A stretch of DNA of 46,515 bases from Verrucomicrobiota bacterium (GCA_038214755.1 JBBQRQ010000033.1:1-46515); one strand, 5' to 3'. Shown: positions 28,179 to 37,545, counted from the first letter of the stretch. Notes: generated by a model not told the origin, from the letters alone. Numbers and translations are program-made.

Positions 28179-29672
28179 GTGACGCGACCACTCGTGAAAC
28201 CGGATTTATTTTTCCTTCTTGAAAACGCGGCCTGGCCGGCCTTGCTCGTCGAAGAAGCGGGCACGATCCGTCGCGCCAATCAGGCGGCCATCGCCGTCTT
28301 TGGCTCGATCATTGAGGGAGAACATTCCCTGCTCTCCGCCATCTGGGTGTCTGAAAATGGTTCGACTGCTGAAAAATTCCTGGGCGCGGCTGAATCGGTT
28401 CGAGGCGCGAATGTTTTAAAATTTCAAATCAAAGGCGGCATCGCGGCGTCATTCAGCACTTATATTTCCTCGGTCAATCGCGAGGAGCAAAAATATTTCG
28501 TGTTCCAATTTTTCCGCGAGCTGCCTGTCGGCTCGGTCGAGATCCACACCGCGCACAAACAGAAACTGGATTGCGCGCTGCAATTGGCCCGGTCCGTTTC
28601 GCTGGATTTCAACAACGCGCTGACCAGCATCCTCGGTCACAGCACTTTGCTGTTGAGCAAAATGGAAACAACCCATCCGTGGCGCGCATCGCTTGCCGAG
28701 ATCGAAAAGTCAGCGATGAAAGCGGCGGAGGTGGCGAGTGATCTCGCTGCGTTCAGTCGGAACGAGAAGGAAGCGCGGGTGCAGGTCGCCGGAAATTTAA
28801 ATACGATTTTGCAGAGGACAGTGGACGCTTTTCGACCGGCGGACCGCGCACAAATCACCTGGTCCCTTCAACTGGAGCGCAAACTTTTTTCGGCAGTTTT
28901 TGACGAGGCGAAAATCCAGCAGGCTTTCGTAAAAATTTTGGAGAATGCGGTCGAATCGATTTCAGGCGAAGGCCGCATCAGCGTCCAAACGCGCAACCTG
29001 ACTTTGTCAGAACCGACCCAGGATTTGACGGCCAAGCTGGGAGCCGGAACTTACATTTGCGTGGAATTTTCTGACACCGGTTCGGGCATCAACGCCGAAA
29101 CTCTCCCGCGAATTTTCGAACCTTTTTTTACGACGAAGAACAGCAGTCGCCATCGTGGATTGGGGCTGGCGTGGGTTTACGGAATTGTGACCAATCACGG
29201 CGGAGGGGTGGCGGTATCAAGCCAGCCGGGGAATGGAACTTCGGTGAGAATTTATTTGCCGGCCAGCCAGTCCCTGGTCAAGGACAGCGCGGTGGACAGC
29301 GGCGATTTTCGGGGAACCCAAACCATTTTCCTGGTGGACGATGAAGATTTAATCCTGATGATGGGGCAAATGATTTTGTCCTCCTACGGCTATGAAGTTC
29401 TGACGGCAAATGCCGGACAAAAGGCTCTGGATATTTTTTCCAAGCGCGAAAAGCCAATCGATTTGCTGATCACGGATTTGGTCATGCCCAACATGAGCGG
29501 GCGCGAGTTGATGGAGAAGGTGCGCGAAATTTCTCCGGCGACTCGGGTCCTCTGCTCCAGCGGCTACGTGCGAGCGGGCGCGGGTGACAACGACGATTCC
29601 TATCTGCAAAAGCCTTTCACAAGCCAGGAACTTTTACGCAAAGTGAAACAGGTGCTGGCTCCCGAAGCGTAA
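28179..29672 (+). CDS. hybrid sensor kinase/receiver (PAS-like, DHp, HATPase, REC) with atypical H-box
   Basis: SLDFNNAL H-box lacking His; DTGSGI, IFEPFFTTK, GLGLA; receiver LVDDE, LITDLVMP, QKPF. Confidence 0.9.
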   Translation: MTRPLVKPDLFFLLENAAWPALLVEEAGTIRRANQAAIAVFGSIIEGEHSLLSAIWVSENGSTAEKFLGAAESVRGANVLKFQIKGGIAASFSTYISSVNREEQKYFVFQFFRELPVGSVEIHTAHKQKLDCALQLARSVSLDFNNALTSILGHSTLLLSKMETTHPWRASLAEIEKSAMKAAEVASDLAAFSRNEKEARVQVAGNLNTILQRTVDAFRPADRAQITWSLQLERKLFSAVFDEAKIQQAFVKILENAVESISGEGRISVQTRNLTLSEPTQDLTAKLGAGTYICVEFSDTGSGINAETLPRIFEPFFTTKNSSRHRGLGLAWVYGIVTNHGGGVAVSSQPGNGTSVRIYLPASQSLVKDSAVDSGDFRGTQTIFLVDDEDLILMMGQMILSSYGYEVLTANAGQKALDIFSKREKPIDLLITDLVMPNMSGRELMEKVREISPATRVLCSSGYVRAGAGDNDDSYLQKPFTSQELLRKVKQVLAPEA

Positions 29673-29692
29673 AAGGGTTTTCACGAAACGGG

Positions 29693-29847
29693 AAATCCGA
29701 ATCCCGAAATCCGAAAGAAATCCGAAACCCGGGGTCCGATAGAAGCACGAGCGTTGTGAGGGGTTGCAAAAGTTTTCGGAGGCTGGCGACCAGTGGTTTC
29801 CAACGCTCGGATTTCGGATTTCTTTCGGGATTCGGATTTCGGATTTT
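29693..29847. repeat. inverted arrays of AAATCCG heptamer repeats
   Basis: AAATCCGAATCCCGAAATCCGAAAGAAATCCGA, then its reverse complement TCGGATTTCTTTCGGGATTCGGATTT. Confidence 0.85.
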
Positions 29848-29910
29848 GGGTAACATTGCGGCGGTCACAGACACGCCGCTACAAGTCAGCCGATTGGTCG
29901 ATTATTTCTT

Positions 29911-30786
29911 ATGCAAATCGAGAGCCTGAAAGTTTTCTGCGACCTGACCGAGACCGAAAGTTTCACCAAGTCCGCGCAGATCAACGGCGTGACGCAATCC
30001 GCCGTCAGCCAACAAATCAGTTCATTGGAGAAGCAATTCAAATCGTTGTTGATCGAGCGGAGCAAAAAAAAGTTTCGGCTCACGCGCGAAGGCCAGGTGC
30101 TTTACGAATACAGCAAACAGATCATTCAAACCTATGACTCGCTCCACAACCGCTTGCAGGAAATCAAAGACATTATTTCGGGCACCATCCGGGTCGCGAC
30201 CATTTACAGCATCGGCCTGCACGATCTTCCGCCCTACTTGAAAAAATTTCTGCGCACTTATCCTACGGTCAACGTCCATGTCGAATATCGGCGCGCCAAT
30301 CAGGTTTACGAAGATATCCTCAGCAACGTCGTGGATTTAGGACTGGTCGCTTATCCCGTGAAGGATCCGAAGCTCGAATTAATTCCTTTGCGCAAGGATG
30401 CGCTGGTGATGATTTGTCATCCAAGTCATCCATTGGCGAAAAATAAAACGGTTAAACTCTCGCAACTGGCCGGACAGAAATTTATTGGCTTCGAGCCGGA
30501 CATCCCGACGCGCAAAGCCATCGATAAAATTCTCAAGGAAAACAATGTCGAAGTGCAAACGGTGATGGAGTTCGACAACATCGAGACGGTCAAACGCGCG
30601 GTGGAAATCGAGGCGGGAATTTCCATCGTGCCGCAAGGGACGATCACTCAGGAAGTTTCCAAACAGACTTTGGCTGAATTAAAAATCGAGGGCCTCGACC
30701 TATTTCGTCCTCTGGCTGCCATCTACAAAATAAATAAAGTCCTCTCGCCCGCCATGAAACAATTCTTGAGAATTTTGAAAGGGTAA
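29911..30786 (+). CDS. LysR family transcriptional regulator
   Basis: SFTKSA..VTQSAVSQQISSLE HTH; LTREG; DNIETVKRAVE. Confidence 0.95.
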   Translation: MQIESLKVFCDLTETESFTKSAQINGVTQSAVSQQISSLEKQFKSLLIERSKKKFRLTREGQVLYEYSKQIIQTYDSLHNRLQEIKDIISGTIRVATIYSIGLHDLPPYLKKFLRTYPTVNVHVEYRRANQVYEDILSNVVDLGLVAYPVKDPKLELIPLRKDALVMICHPSHPLAKNKTVKLSQLAGQKFIGFEPDIPTRKAIDKILKENNVEVQTVMEFDNIETVKRAVEIEAGISIVPQGTITQEVSKQTLAELKIEGLDLFRPLAAIYKINKVLSPAMKQFLRILKG

Positions 30787-30871
30787 AAAATTGTCGTAGC
30801 GGGCGACGAGGCGGCTCACTTGAAATTAAAGCAGAATCCCGTCCCCATCGCGCTGGGGAGCACCTGCCTCC

Positions 30872-30995
30872 GGCCTTGTTATTACCCACATCTCAGGTTC
30901 ACCCAGGGTAGCTCGTGCCTCGCAACCCTGGGCTGGATGATGCAATCCCTTTGGGATTGAAAAGCTGGCGACGAATTGTGGGTAATGACAAGGCC
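30872..30995. mobile_element. MITE-like element with 19-bp terminal inverted repeats and a palindromic core
   Basis: GGCCTTGTTATTACCCACA / TGTGGGTAATGACAAGGCC; core CCCAGGGT..ACCCTGGG and CAATCCC-TTT-GGGATTG; partial copy at 33101-33165. Confidence 0.75.
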
Positions 30996-31061
30996 TCCTT
31001 CGGGTGCTACCCCGAAGAGTGGACGCATTGTTATGCTGCGGGTGGGAAGAAGAAATTCCAC

Positions 31062-31547
31062 TCAAGAAGTTTTTTTCGGCTCCGGCACGTCAATGCCCAG
31101 CGCGTCGGCGAGATCAATCTCGTGCTCTTGTTCCTGAACGATGATTTGCCGCAAGGTTTCGCTCAGAGCAAATTCTCCCATCGCTTCCGCCTGCCGAATG
31201 CGAATGCGATAATTGGCGACCGTTTCCTGTTCGTTTTCCAGATCGAAGCGCAGCAATTCTTTTGGCTCCTTCGAGAGTTTCACCTTTCTGGCAACAACGG
31301 TTGGCGTGCCACCGAGGTAATCAATTTGTTTGGAAATTTTCAGCGCGTGATTCAATTCCTCTCCGGCGTGTTTCTCCAGTTCGCGAGCGATGTCCGTGTA
31401 AGCCGCGCCTTTGAGCAATTGGCTGTAAACCGTGTAGGCAATAATCGCCTGATACTCTCGCGCCAAATCTTCATTGAGAAGCTCAATCATTTTCTCGCGG
31501 GAAATGTTGAAAGAATCCGGCGAGGTGGAGTCATTTTTGTTTTGCAT
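31062..31547 (-). CDS. ferritin-like / bacterioferritin-related protein
   Basis: LNEDLAREYQAI, EELNHA, QEQEHE di-iron ExxH-type motifs. Confidence 0.85.
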   Translation of the reverse strand: MQNKNDSTSPDSFNISREKMIELLNEDLAREYQAIIAYTVYSQLLKGAAYTDIARELEKHAGEELNHALKISKQIDYLGGTPTVVARKVKLSKEPKELLRFDLENEQETVANYRIRIRQAEAMGEFALSETLRQIIVQEQEHEIDLADALGIDVPEPKKTS

Positions 31548-31617
31548 GAGTCGATGCTAGAACGAGGGAGCGATGCCGTCAATCGGTGGAGAATAGCTTT
31601 TGGAGGTGGAATTATCG

Positions 31618-31660
31618 CGAAATCCGAAATCCGAAATCCGAAAGAAATCCGAAGCCCGAA
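31618..31660. repeat. AAATCCG heptamer array (single arm)
   Basis: CGAAATCCGAAATCCGAAATCCGAAAGAAATCCGAAG. Confidence 0.8.
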
Positions 31661-31701
31661 GGCCGAGAGTGGTGTCCATGGTTGCTTGACGTTTCGCCGA
31701 A

Positions 31702-32340
31702 TTATTTCTTGTCCGTGGGTTGCCCCAAGAGTGCGGCAAACGGCAGCTTCACCGTCCGTCGCAGCGTATCCATAAAAGTTTTTTTCTTTTGCGGCTCGGT
31801 ATTGATGCGCCCACATCTGCCGTTGCAAACGGGGCAGAAAAACAACGCCTCCCCGCCTTGCCGCTTCACCGAGCGCACGCATTTGCCGCACATCAATTCG
31901 CTGCACTGAGTGCATTTGTAGGTGGCCAGCGCGTTGTGATGGCGCGGGCAAACCAAAGCGCCGCCCGGCATCACGACGGGCGAACCGACTCCGGCTTGCG
32001 GAAATTTATTTTGCGCTGCGGGCTGCTGAAATTTTGGAATTGAAATGGTGACTTCGGTGCTTTCAACCACCAACTCCACCTCGCCAAGGTGAACGGTTTG
32101 TCCGGCGCGCAGTTGAGCTTCTTTGACTGATTCGCGATCGACGAATGTGCCATTGGTCGAGCCGCAGTCGTGAATGAAAACGCCTTCAGCCGAAAGAATC
32201 AGTTCGCAATGCACCGAGGAAACCGTCGCGTGTTGGATGTGAAAATCGCAGTCAGGATTGCGGCCAATTTTGTTCGGCCCGATGCGTAAATTCAGTGATC
32301 GATTCTCGAAGCCTTCCATCTTGATCAGCAGTCTGGCCAT
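31702..32340 (-). CDS. FHA-domain protein with a C-terminal Zn-finger-like region
   Basis: IGRNPDCD, VSSVH, DCGSTNGTFV; CPRH, CTQC, CGKC, CPVC; start at ATG 32340. Confidence 0.85.
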   Translation of the reverse strand: MARLLIKMEGFENRSLNLRIGPNKIGRNPDCDFHIQHATVSSVHCELILSAEGVFIHDCGSTNGTFVDRESVKEAQLRAGQTVHLGEVELVVESTEVTISIPKFQQPAAQNKFPQAGVGSPVVMPGGALVCPRHHNALATYKCTQCSELMCGKCVRSVKRQGGEALFFCPVCNGRCGRINTEPQKKKTFMDTLRRTVKLPFAALLGQPTDKK

Positions 32341-32399
32341 AGCTTTTTTACGGCTGGGAAGTTGCGCGGAACGATAGCTCAAGTCCACTGAAAAATAAT

Positions 32400-33035
32400 T
32401 CAACTCGCCGGAATTTGTGGCAACGGATCAGGAACGCGATCAATAATTTTGCGGGCAACGAGTTTCGTCGCAATCTCCGCCAGATGAGTGTTGACGTAGT
32501 TGAGCAGCACCACCTCATGAGCCTTCCATCCATAGCGCAACATCTCGCGCCGCACCTCAGCCGGAGACTTGCCTCGCACCAGAAGCTCGTAGGCGGCAAT
32601 AACTCCGCCGGTTCGTTGCGCTCCGGCAGCGCAATGGACCAGAACAGGATTGCCCTCCTTCACCGCCGCGTCCATTGCCGCAATGGCGCTGACATACGAA
32701 TTGACATCTCCTGTTCCATTGCCGGCCAAGGGAAAGTTCAGGCGTTCGATCCCCAGTTCGCGGCAAGCGTCAAACTCGGCTTTTTGCAGTGGTTTTTTCG
32801 GGTTATAATTTTCCAGAGAAATGACCACCTTCACGTTGTTGTTCGTCAGCGTTTTTTTGATGAGCGCGGGCGAGAGTTGGCCGCTGCGATAAATCTGACC
32901 TGGCTCAACCACGCCGAAATTTTTTGGGAAGTAATTCCCTTTATGTTGGTCCCACCAAAAAGCGCCAGCGACGAAGGCGGCCAGCGCGATGGCGAGTAGC
33001 AACCATCGACAACGATGCTGTTGTTTTGCAATCAC
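32400..33035 (-). CDS. dual-specificity / tyrosine protein phosphatase with an N-terminal TM
   Basis: NFGVVEPGQIYRSGQ; P-loop HCAAGAQRTG (CX5R). Confidence 0.9.
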   Translation of the reverse strand: MIAKQQHRCRWLLLAIALAAFVAGAFWWDQHKGNYFPKNFGVVEPGQIYRSGQLSPALIKKTLTNNNVKVVISLENYNPKKPLQKAEFDACRELGIERLNFPLAGNGTGDVNSYVSAIAAMDAAVKEGNPVLVHCAAGAQRTGGVIAAYELLVRGKSPAEVRREMLRYGWKAHEVVLLNYVNTHLAEIATKLVARKIIDRVPDPLPQIPAS

Positions 33036-33079
33036 GCCGACACCTTAAAACAATCCCGATTAAGTCCAAATATTTTTAA

Positions 33080-33322
33080 CTAATGAGAGATTGCAAGAAT
33101 GGGCTAAATGATGCAATCCCTTGGGGATTGAGAACGAGCGATGACTTGTGGGTAATGACAAGGGCTTCAGCCGGGTGTTGAGGTCGCGAGGCCGGTTCAA
33201 CCGCTTCAGCGGTTTGCTCCATGTGGGAAACCGCTGAAGCGGTTGAGGGTCGCAATCGGTTCCTGTTCACCCGGCTGAAGCCGGGTGCTAATGAGAGATT
33301 GCAAGAAAGTGAGATGCGCCCG
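33080..33322. repeat. mosaic of CACCCGGCTGAAGCCGGGTGCTAATGAGAG-family and GGGTAATGACAAGG-family elements
   Basis: hairpins AACCGCTTCAGCGGTT and CACCCGGCTGAAGCCGGGTG; end TTGCAAGAAAGTGAGATGCGCCC. Confidence 0.85.
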
Positions 33323-33422
33323 TGTTCACCGGGCGCGACAGTGGGCTCGTGCGGAAAATTGAAAAGTAGGTTGTATTGCTGCGCCTATGATGCGCGCATC
33401 TGGATAAGGACTAACTTTCCGA

Positions 33423-34199
33423 TTACTTCAAGTGCCAGTAAATCGTGTAGTGCCAATGCTCCTCTGGCTTGTAGGTCTGAGAGCCGCTCTCCGTCACGTT
33501 GAATTCGCCGGTGCTTTTGTCATCCATTTCATCGGAGCACTCGTCGCCGGAAACGTCATCGAGTTTCATGACAAATTTGCAGACTTGATCGGGGCGGACG
33601 CCAGGGATGGCCAGCTCGGTCGCAATGGTCTCGGTGTTGTTCGCGTAGGCTTTCTCGGCGACGTGGAATCGTTTGCTTGTATCACCGACTGCCGCGTCAA
33701 AACACAAGTACCATTCCGCGCCTTGCGGTGTCTTGTGCATGACAATTTTGTCAATGACGAGCGTCTTGGGTTCACCAGCCGAAGCCTTAACCCTAATATA
33801 CTTTGTGACATTTGCAGGCTCGCCCCGCTCTTTGTCAAAGTTCACTCCCACCGTCATTTCATCATCTCCCAGCACATAGATCAACGTGTGGTCATCGTCT
33901 GATGGTTCAAGACTTGAGGCCGATTTGCCTGCTTTGATGTTGAAGAACTTCGCCGCCTTAAACGGACCGAGTTGTTCCGTCTTAACATCACCTTCGGCGT
34001 AGAGCACGGTTTGGTCCCCTCCCAGGATTTTGAAAATGAATTTGCTTTTCTTGATTTCCAGCACCTGTTTGTAGGCGCGGCCTTGGCCGTCGCTTTTTTC
34101 CGCAACCCAATTCCCGCTCAGTGATTCCGATTCATCGGCGGGGATGGACAGGACGGAAAATACCAACAGAACAGTCAGACTGCGGAAGATTCTTTTCAT
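33423..34199 (-). CDS. hypothetical exported two-domain protein
   Basis: signal peptide MKRIFRSLTVLLVFSVLSIPA; 258 aa; flanked by repeat clusters. Confidence 0.75.
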   Translation of the reverse strand: MKRIFRSLTVLLVFSVLSIPADESESLSGNWVAEKSDGQGRAYKQVLEIKKSKFIFKILGGDQTVLYAEGDVKTEQLGPFKAAKFFNIKAGKSASSLEPSDDDHTLIYVLGDDEMTVGVNFDKERGEPANVTKYIRVKASAGEPKTLVIDKIVMHKTPQGAEWYLCFDAAVGDTSKRFHVAEKAYANNTETIATELAIPGVRPDQVCKFVMKLDDVSGDECSDEMDDKSTGEFNVTESGSQTYKPEEHWHYTIYWHLK

Positions 34200-34290
34200 A
34201 GGTCTTTTTTTTTTGGGACTTCGTCGCGAGCTTGCCGGATGAGGAATGGAATGCAAGGGAAAAGACGCGTGGTTGTGGGAACGTGGGAAC

Positions 34291-34764
34291 GGGCGCATCT
34301 CACGGATGTGTTGCCCAAATGTTTTTCCATCGCGTGTAGGGCAGGCTTTCCAGCCTGCCGGTTCCGGGGACTTTCTAGTCCCCGGAAATCTGCGAGAAAA
34401 ACGTCAAATCATTTTTTTTGAAACTGGAAAGTTTCGTAACCGGCAGGCTCGAAAGCCCGCCCTACGATTTGGGCAACACGCCCTCACTTTCCTGCAATGT
34501 TCGTTTCAAATTTCATTAGCACCCGGCTTCAGCCGGGTGTTGAGGTCGCGAGGCCTAGTTCAACCGCTTTAGTTTGCTCAATGTGGGAAACCGCTGAAGC
34601 GGTTTGAGGGTCGCAATCTGCTCCTGTTCACCCGGCTGAAGCCGGGTGCTAATGAGAGTTCTCCTGAAGCCGGGTGCTAATGAGAGTTCTCCTGAAGCTG
34701 GGTGCTAATGAGAGTTCTCCTGAAGCTGGATGCTAATGAGAGGTTGCAGAAAGTGAGATACACC
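34291..34764. mobile_element. nested MITE/REP composite
   Basis: outer ends GGGCGCATCTCAC..TTTCCTGCAA / TTGCAGAAAGTGAGATACACC; inner element 34304-34483 flanked by TCAC direct repeats; GTAG doublet at 34336-34465. Confidence 0.85.
34636..34742 (+). repeat. 28-bp tandem repeat, about 3.8 copies
   Basis: CTGAAGCCGGGTGCTAATGAGAGTTCTC at 34636, 34664, 34692 and 34720, with progressive substitutions. Confidence 0.92.
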
Positions 34765-34920
34765 GCCTCGCGAAAGGTTTAGCGTTGCGGGCCTTTTTTT
34801 GGGTCGTGTTTTCTTATGAATTTCCGGGGCGGGCCATTTGTCGTTTGCAATAGGTCATTTAAATATTGTCGTGGAAAATCAGCCTGTGTTCTCTCGCAAA
34901 TTCCTTTACCCTGTTTCGCG

Positions 34921-35496
34921 ATGATTCAACTCTCATTTCCTTTTACCGAAGATAAAATCCGCGCCCTCAAAGTCGGCGATGAGGTTTTGATTTCCGGCGT
35001 CGTGTTCACCGGGCGCGATGCGGTTCACAAATATTTGCACGAAGGTGGCGCGTTGCCAGCGGAGGTGAATTTGCGTGACGGAATAATTTATCACTGTGGC
35101 CCCGTCGTCCTGCAAGATGAACAAGGCAACTGGAAAGTCACGGCGGCTGGGCCAACAACTTCCATTCGGGAAGAGCCGTATCAAGCGGACATCATCAAAA
35201 AATTTGGTGTCCGTGGCGTGATCGGAAAAGGCGGAATGGGTGAGCGCACTTTGGCCGCGTGCCAAGAACATGGATGTGTTTATTTGCACGGCGTCGGTGG
35301 TGCGGCGCAGGTTTTGGCGGAATGTATCAAGCGAGTCCGAGATGTTTATTTTCTCGAAAAATTTGGCTCGCCTGAGGCTATTTGGGAATTGGAAGTGGAA
35401 AATTTTCCCGTCGTCGTGACGATGGATGCGCACGGCAATTCGTTGCACAAAAAGATTTTTGCCGAAAGCCACGCCGCGCTGGCCGAGCGACTTTAG
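34921..35496 (+). CDS. class I fumarate hydratase / tartrate dehydratase beta subunit
   Basis: LKVGDEV, TGRDAVH, YHCGPV, AGPTTSIRE, IGKGGM, GSPEAIW, MDAHGNSLH. Confidence 0.92.
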   Translation: MIQLSFPFTEDKIRALKVGDEVLISGVVFTGRDAVHKYLHEGGALPAEVNLRDGIIYHCGPVVLQDEQGNWKVTAAGPTTSIREEPYQADIIKKFGVRGVIGKGGMGERTLAACQEHGCVYLHGVGGAAQVLAECIKRVRDVYFLEKFGSPEAIWELEVENFPVVVTMDAHGNSLHKKIFAESHAALAERL

Positions 35497-35511
35497 CCGG
35501 AGATTTTCTCA

Positions 35512-36402
35512 GTGCGCATTTGCGTCATTTTCAATCCCGCCGCTCGTGGACAAAAAGCGGAAAGGTTCAAAAAACTTCTTGGCCGTGTCACGCGCGATTG
35601 CCATTGCCAGCCCACCTCATTCGCCGGTGAAGCCCGCCTTCTCGCTGCCGCCGCCGTGCGCGAAGGGTTTGACACCATCGTCGCGGCCGGTGGCGATGGA
35701 ACCGTCAACGAAGTGGTCAATGGCATGGGCGATGAACCGCGCGGATTTTCCAAAGTGCGTTTGGCCGTGTTGCCGATGGGCACGATCAATGTCTTTGCGC
35801 GCGAACTGAAAATCCCGCTGAACCTCGAACGCGCCTGGGAAATTATTTTGCTTGGGCGGGAAATTATGATTGATCTTCCGCAAGCCCAATTTATTCGCGC
35901 CGGAAAAGCCGAGAGCCGTTACTTCGCCCAACTGGCAGGCGCGGGACTGGATTCCAGCGCCGTGGAAATGGTGAGTTGGGAACTCAAGAAAAAAATCGGC
36001 GCGCTGGCCTACGTCGTCGCCGGAATGAAAGCGCTCCGAAGGAAACAATCAAAGATTACTGCCACAAGCCCAGCCTCATCCCTCACCGGAGAAATGGTCT
36101 TGATCGGAAATGGACGCCTCTATGGAGGCCCATTCGTTTTATTTCCTAAGGCGGACTTGCGCGATGGGCAGCTTGAAGTCTGTGCCTTTCCGAAAATCAA
36201 TTGGCAAATTGTTGGTCGCGCGGGCATCGGTTTGGCGACGGCCAGTCTGCATCGTCTGTGCGGCGCACAGGAAATGCGCGCGGAGAGCGTGACGTTATCG
36301 GCGGACCAAAAAACTTTTTTGCAATTGGACGGAGAAAATGTGGGGGAACTGCCCGCGCGATTTTCGATTGAACCGAAAAAATTGCGAGTCATGGTGGCGT
36401 GA
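35512..36402 (+). CDS. diacylglycerol/lipid kinase family protein (YegS/BmrU)
   Basis: IFNPAA, AGGDGTVNEV, LPMGTINVFA, GNGRLYGG, QLDGE. Confidence 0.92.
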   Translation: MRICVIFNPAARGQKAERFKKLLGRVTRDCHCQPTSFAGEARLLAAAAVREGFDTIVAAGGDGTVNEVVNGMGDEPRGFSKVRLAVLPMGTINVFARELKIPLNLERAWEIILLGREIMIDLPQAQFIRAGKAESRYFAQLAGAGLDSSAVEMVSWELKKKIGALAYVVAGMKALRRKQSKITATSPASSLTGEMVLIGNGRLYGGPFVLFPKADLRDGQLEVCAFPKINWQIVGRAGIGLATASLHRLCGAQEMRAESVTLSADQKTFLQLDGENVGELPARFSIEPKKLRVMVA

Positions 36403-36437
36403 TCGGGATGGGATTGATTTAAACCGGCGGCCCGAAC

Positions 36438-36540
36438 AAGAGCGCCAGAGGGCTGGCGCACTCCAAGACGCTTCGCGCCATTCCCGCGCCATCGAAATTC
36501 GCGTGAGCGTCTTGGAGTGCGGCGGCCCTCCGCCGCTTTT
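36438..36540. repeat. GCACTCCAAGACGC-family palindromic doublet
   Basis: GCGCCAG-AGGG-CTGGCGC ACTCCAAGACGC ... GCGTCTTGGAGT GCGGCGG-CCCT-CCGCCGC TTT. Confidence 0.85.
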
Positions 36541-36622
36541 AACAGCACCAGTAGTGACCGCCACTTGAAATCACGCCTGATCGGGATTGACAGCTTCAAT
36601 TATCTCGGTGCTATTTGTTGCC

Positions 36623-37534
36623 ATGAAATTTATCCGCTCTCTTCGCCAGCCGATTTTGCACAGGACACTTCTGCTTCTTATTATTATTTTTTGCGCCGCG
36701 ATCAATTCGCGCGCGCTGCTGTTGCCGGGCAATGGAAAAATTCCCGCGAGATTCAAAATCAGCGGCTTCGCCATGGGTTGCCAGGCTTATACATTCAAGG
36801 AGTTTAGTGTTTTCGAAGCGATCGAGAAAACAGCAGAAGCCGGTGGGAAGGTCATCGAATTTTATCCCGGCCAAAAATTGAGCAAGGACGAGCCGGACGT
36901 CAAATGGAACCACGACGCCTCTGACGAAACCATAGCCAAGGTCAAAGCCAAATTGAAGCAACACGAAATTTTGGCAGTGAATTATGGCGTCGTCCCCATT
37001 CCGAACGATGAAACTGAGGCGTCCAAAATTTTTGAGTTCGCAAAAAAAATGGGGCTGATCGGCGTGACGACCGAATCGGAAAACTCCATCGACACCATCG
37101 AGAAGCTGGTCAAGAAATATAATATCAAAGTCGGTTTTCACGATCATCCGAAAAAGCCGAACGACCCAAGCTACAAGATGTGGGACCCCAATCACGTTTT
37201 GGCGCTGGTCAAAGATCGCGACCCGCGAATTGGTTCGTGCGCAGACACTGGCCATTGGGTGCGGTCGGGTTTGAAGCCGGTGGATTGTTTGAAAATTTTA
37301 CGAGGGCGAATCATCAGCAGTCATCTCAAAGACTTGAATGAGTTTGGAAAAGTGGAGGCGCACGATGTTCCCTACGGCCAAGGCGTTTCCGACGTGAAAG
37401 GAATTCTCGACGAACTCAAGGCGCAAAAATTTTCCGGAAATATTTCTGTCGAATACGAATATCACTGGGAAACATCTCTGCCGGAAGTCAAGCAGTGCAT
37501 CGACTTCGTCCGCAATTACGGCGAGAAAAAATAA
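36623..37534 (+). CDS. sugar phosphate isomerase/epimerase (AP_endonuc_2 TIM barrel), exported
   Basis: signal peptide; FHDHP, CADTGHW, SHLKD, ISVEYE metal-binding motifs. Confidence 0.85.
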   Translation: MKFIRSLRQPILHRTLLLLIIIFCAAINSRALLLPGNGKIPARFKISGFAMGCQAYTFKEFSVFEAIEKTAEAGGKVIEFYPGQKLSKDEPDVKWNHDASDETIAKVKAKLKQHEILAVNYGVVPIPNDETEASKIFEFAKKMGLIGVTTESENSIDTIEKLVKKYNIKVGFHDHPKKPNDPSYKMWDPNHVLALVKDRDPRIGSCADTGHWVRSGLKPVDCLKILRGRIISSHLKDLNEFGKVEAHDVPYGQGVSDVKGILDELKAQKFSGNISVEYEYHWETSLPEVKQCIDFVRNYGEKK

Positions 37535-37545
37535 TCCCGCAGTTC

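Noticed and set aside
34636..34742. 28-bp repeats as a CRISPR array
   Set aside because: Units are contiguous with no unique spacers, derive from the adjacent REP end, and no cas genes are present
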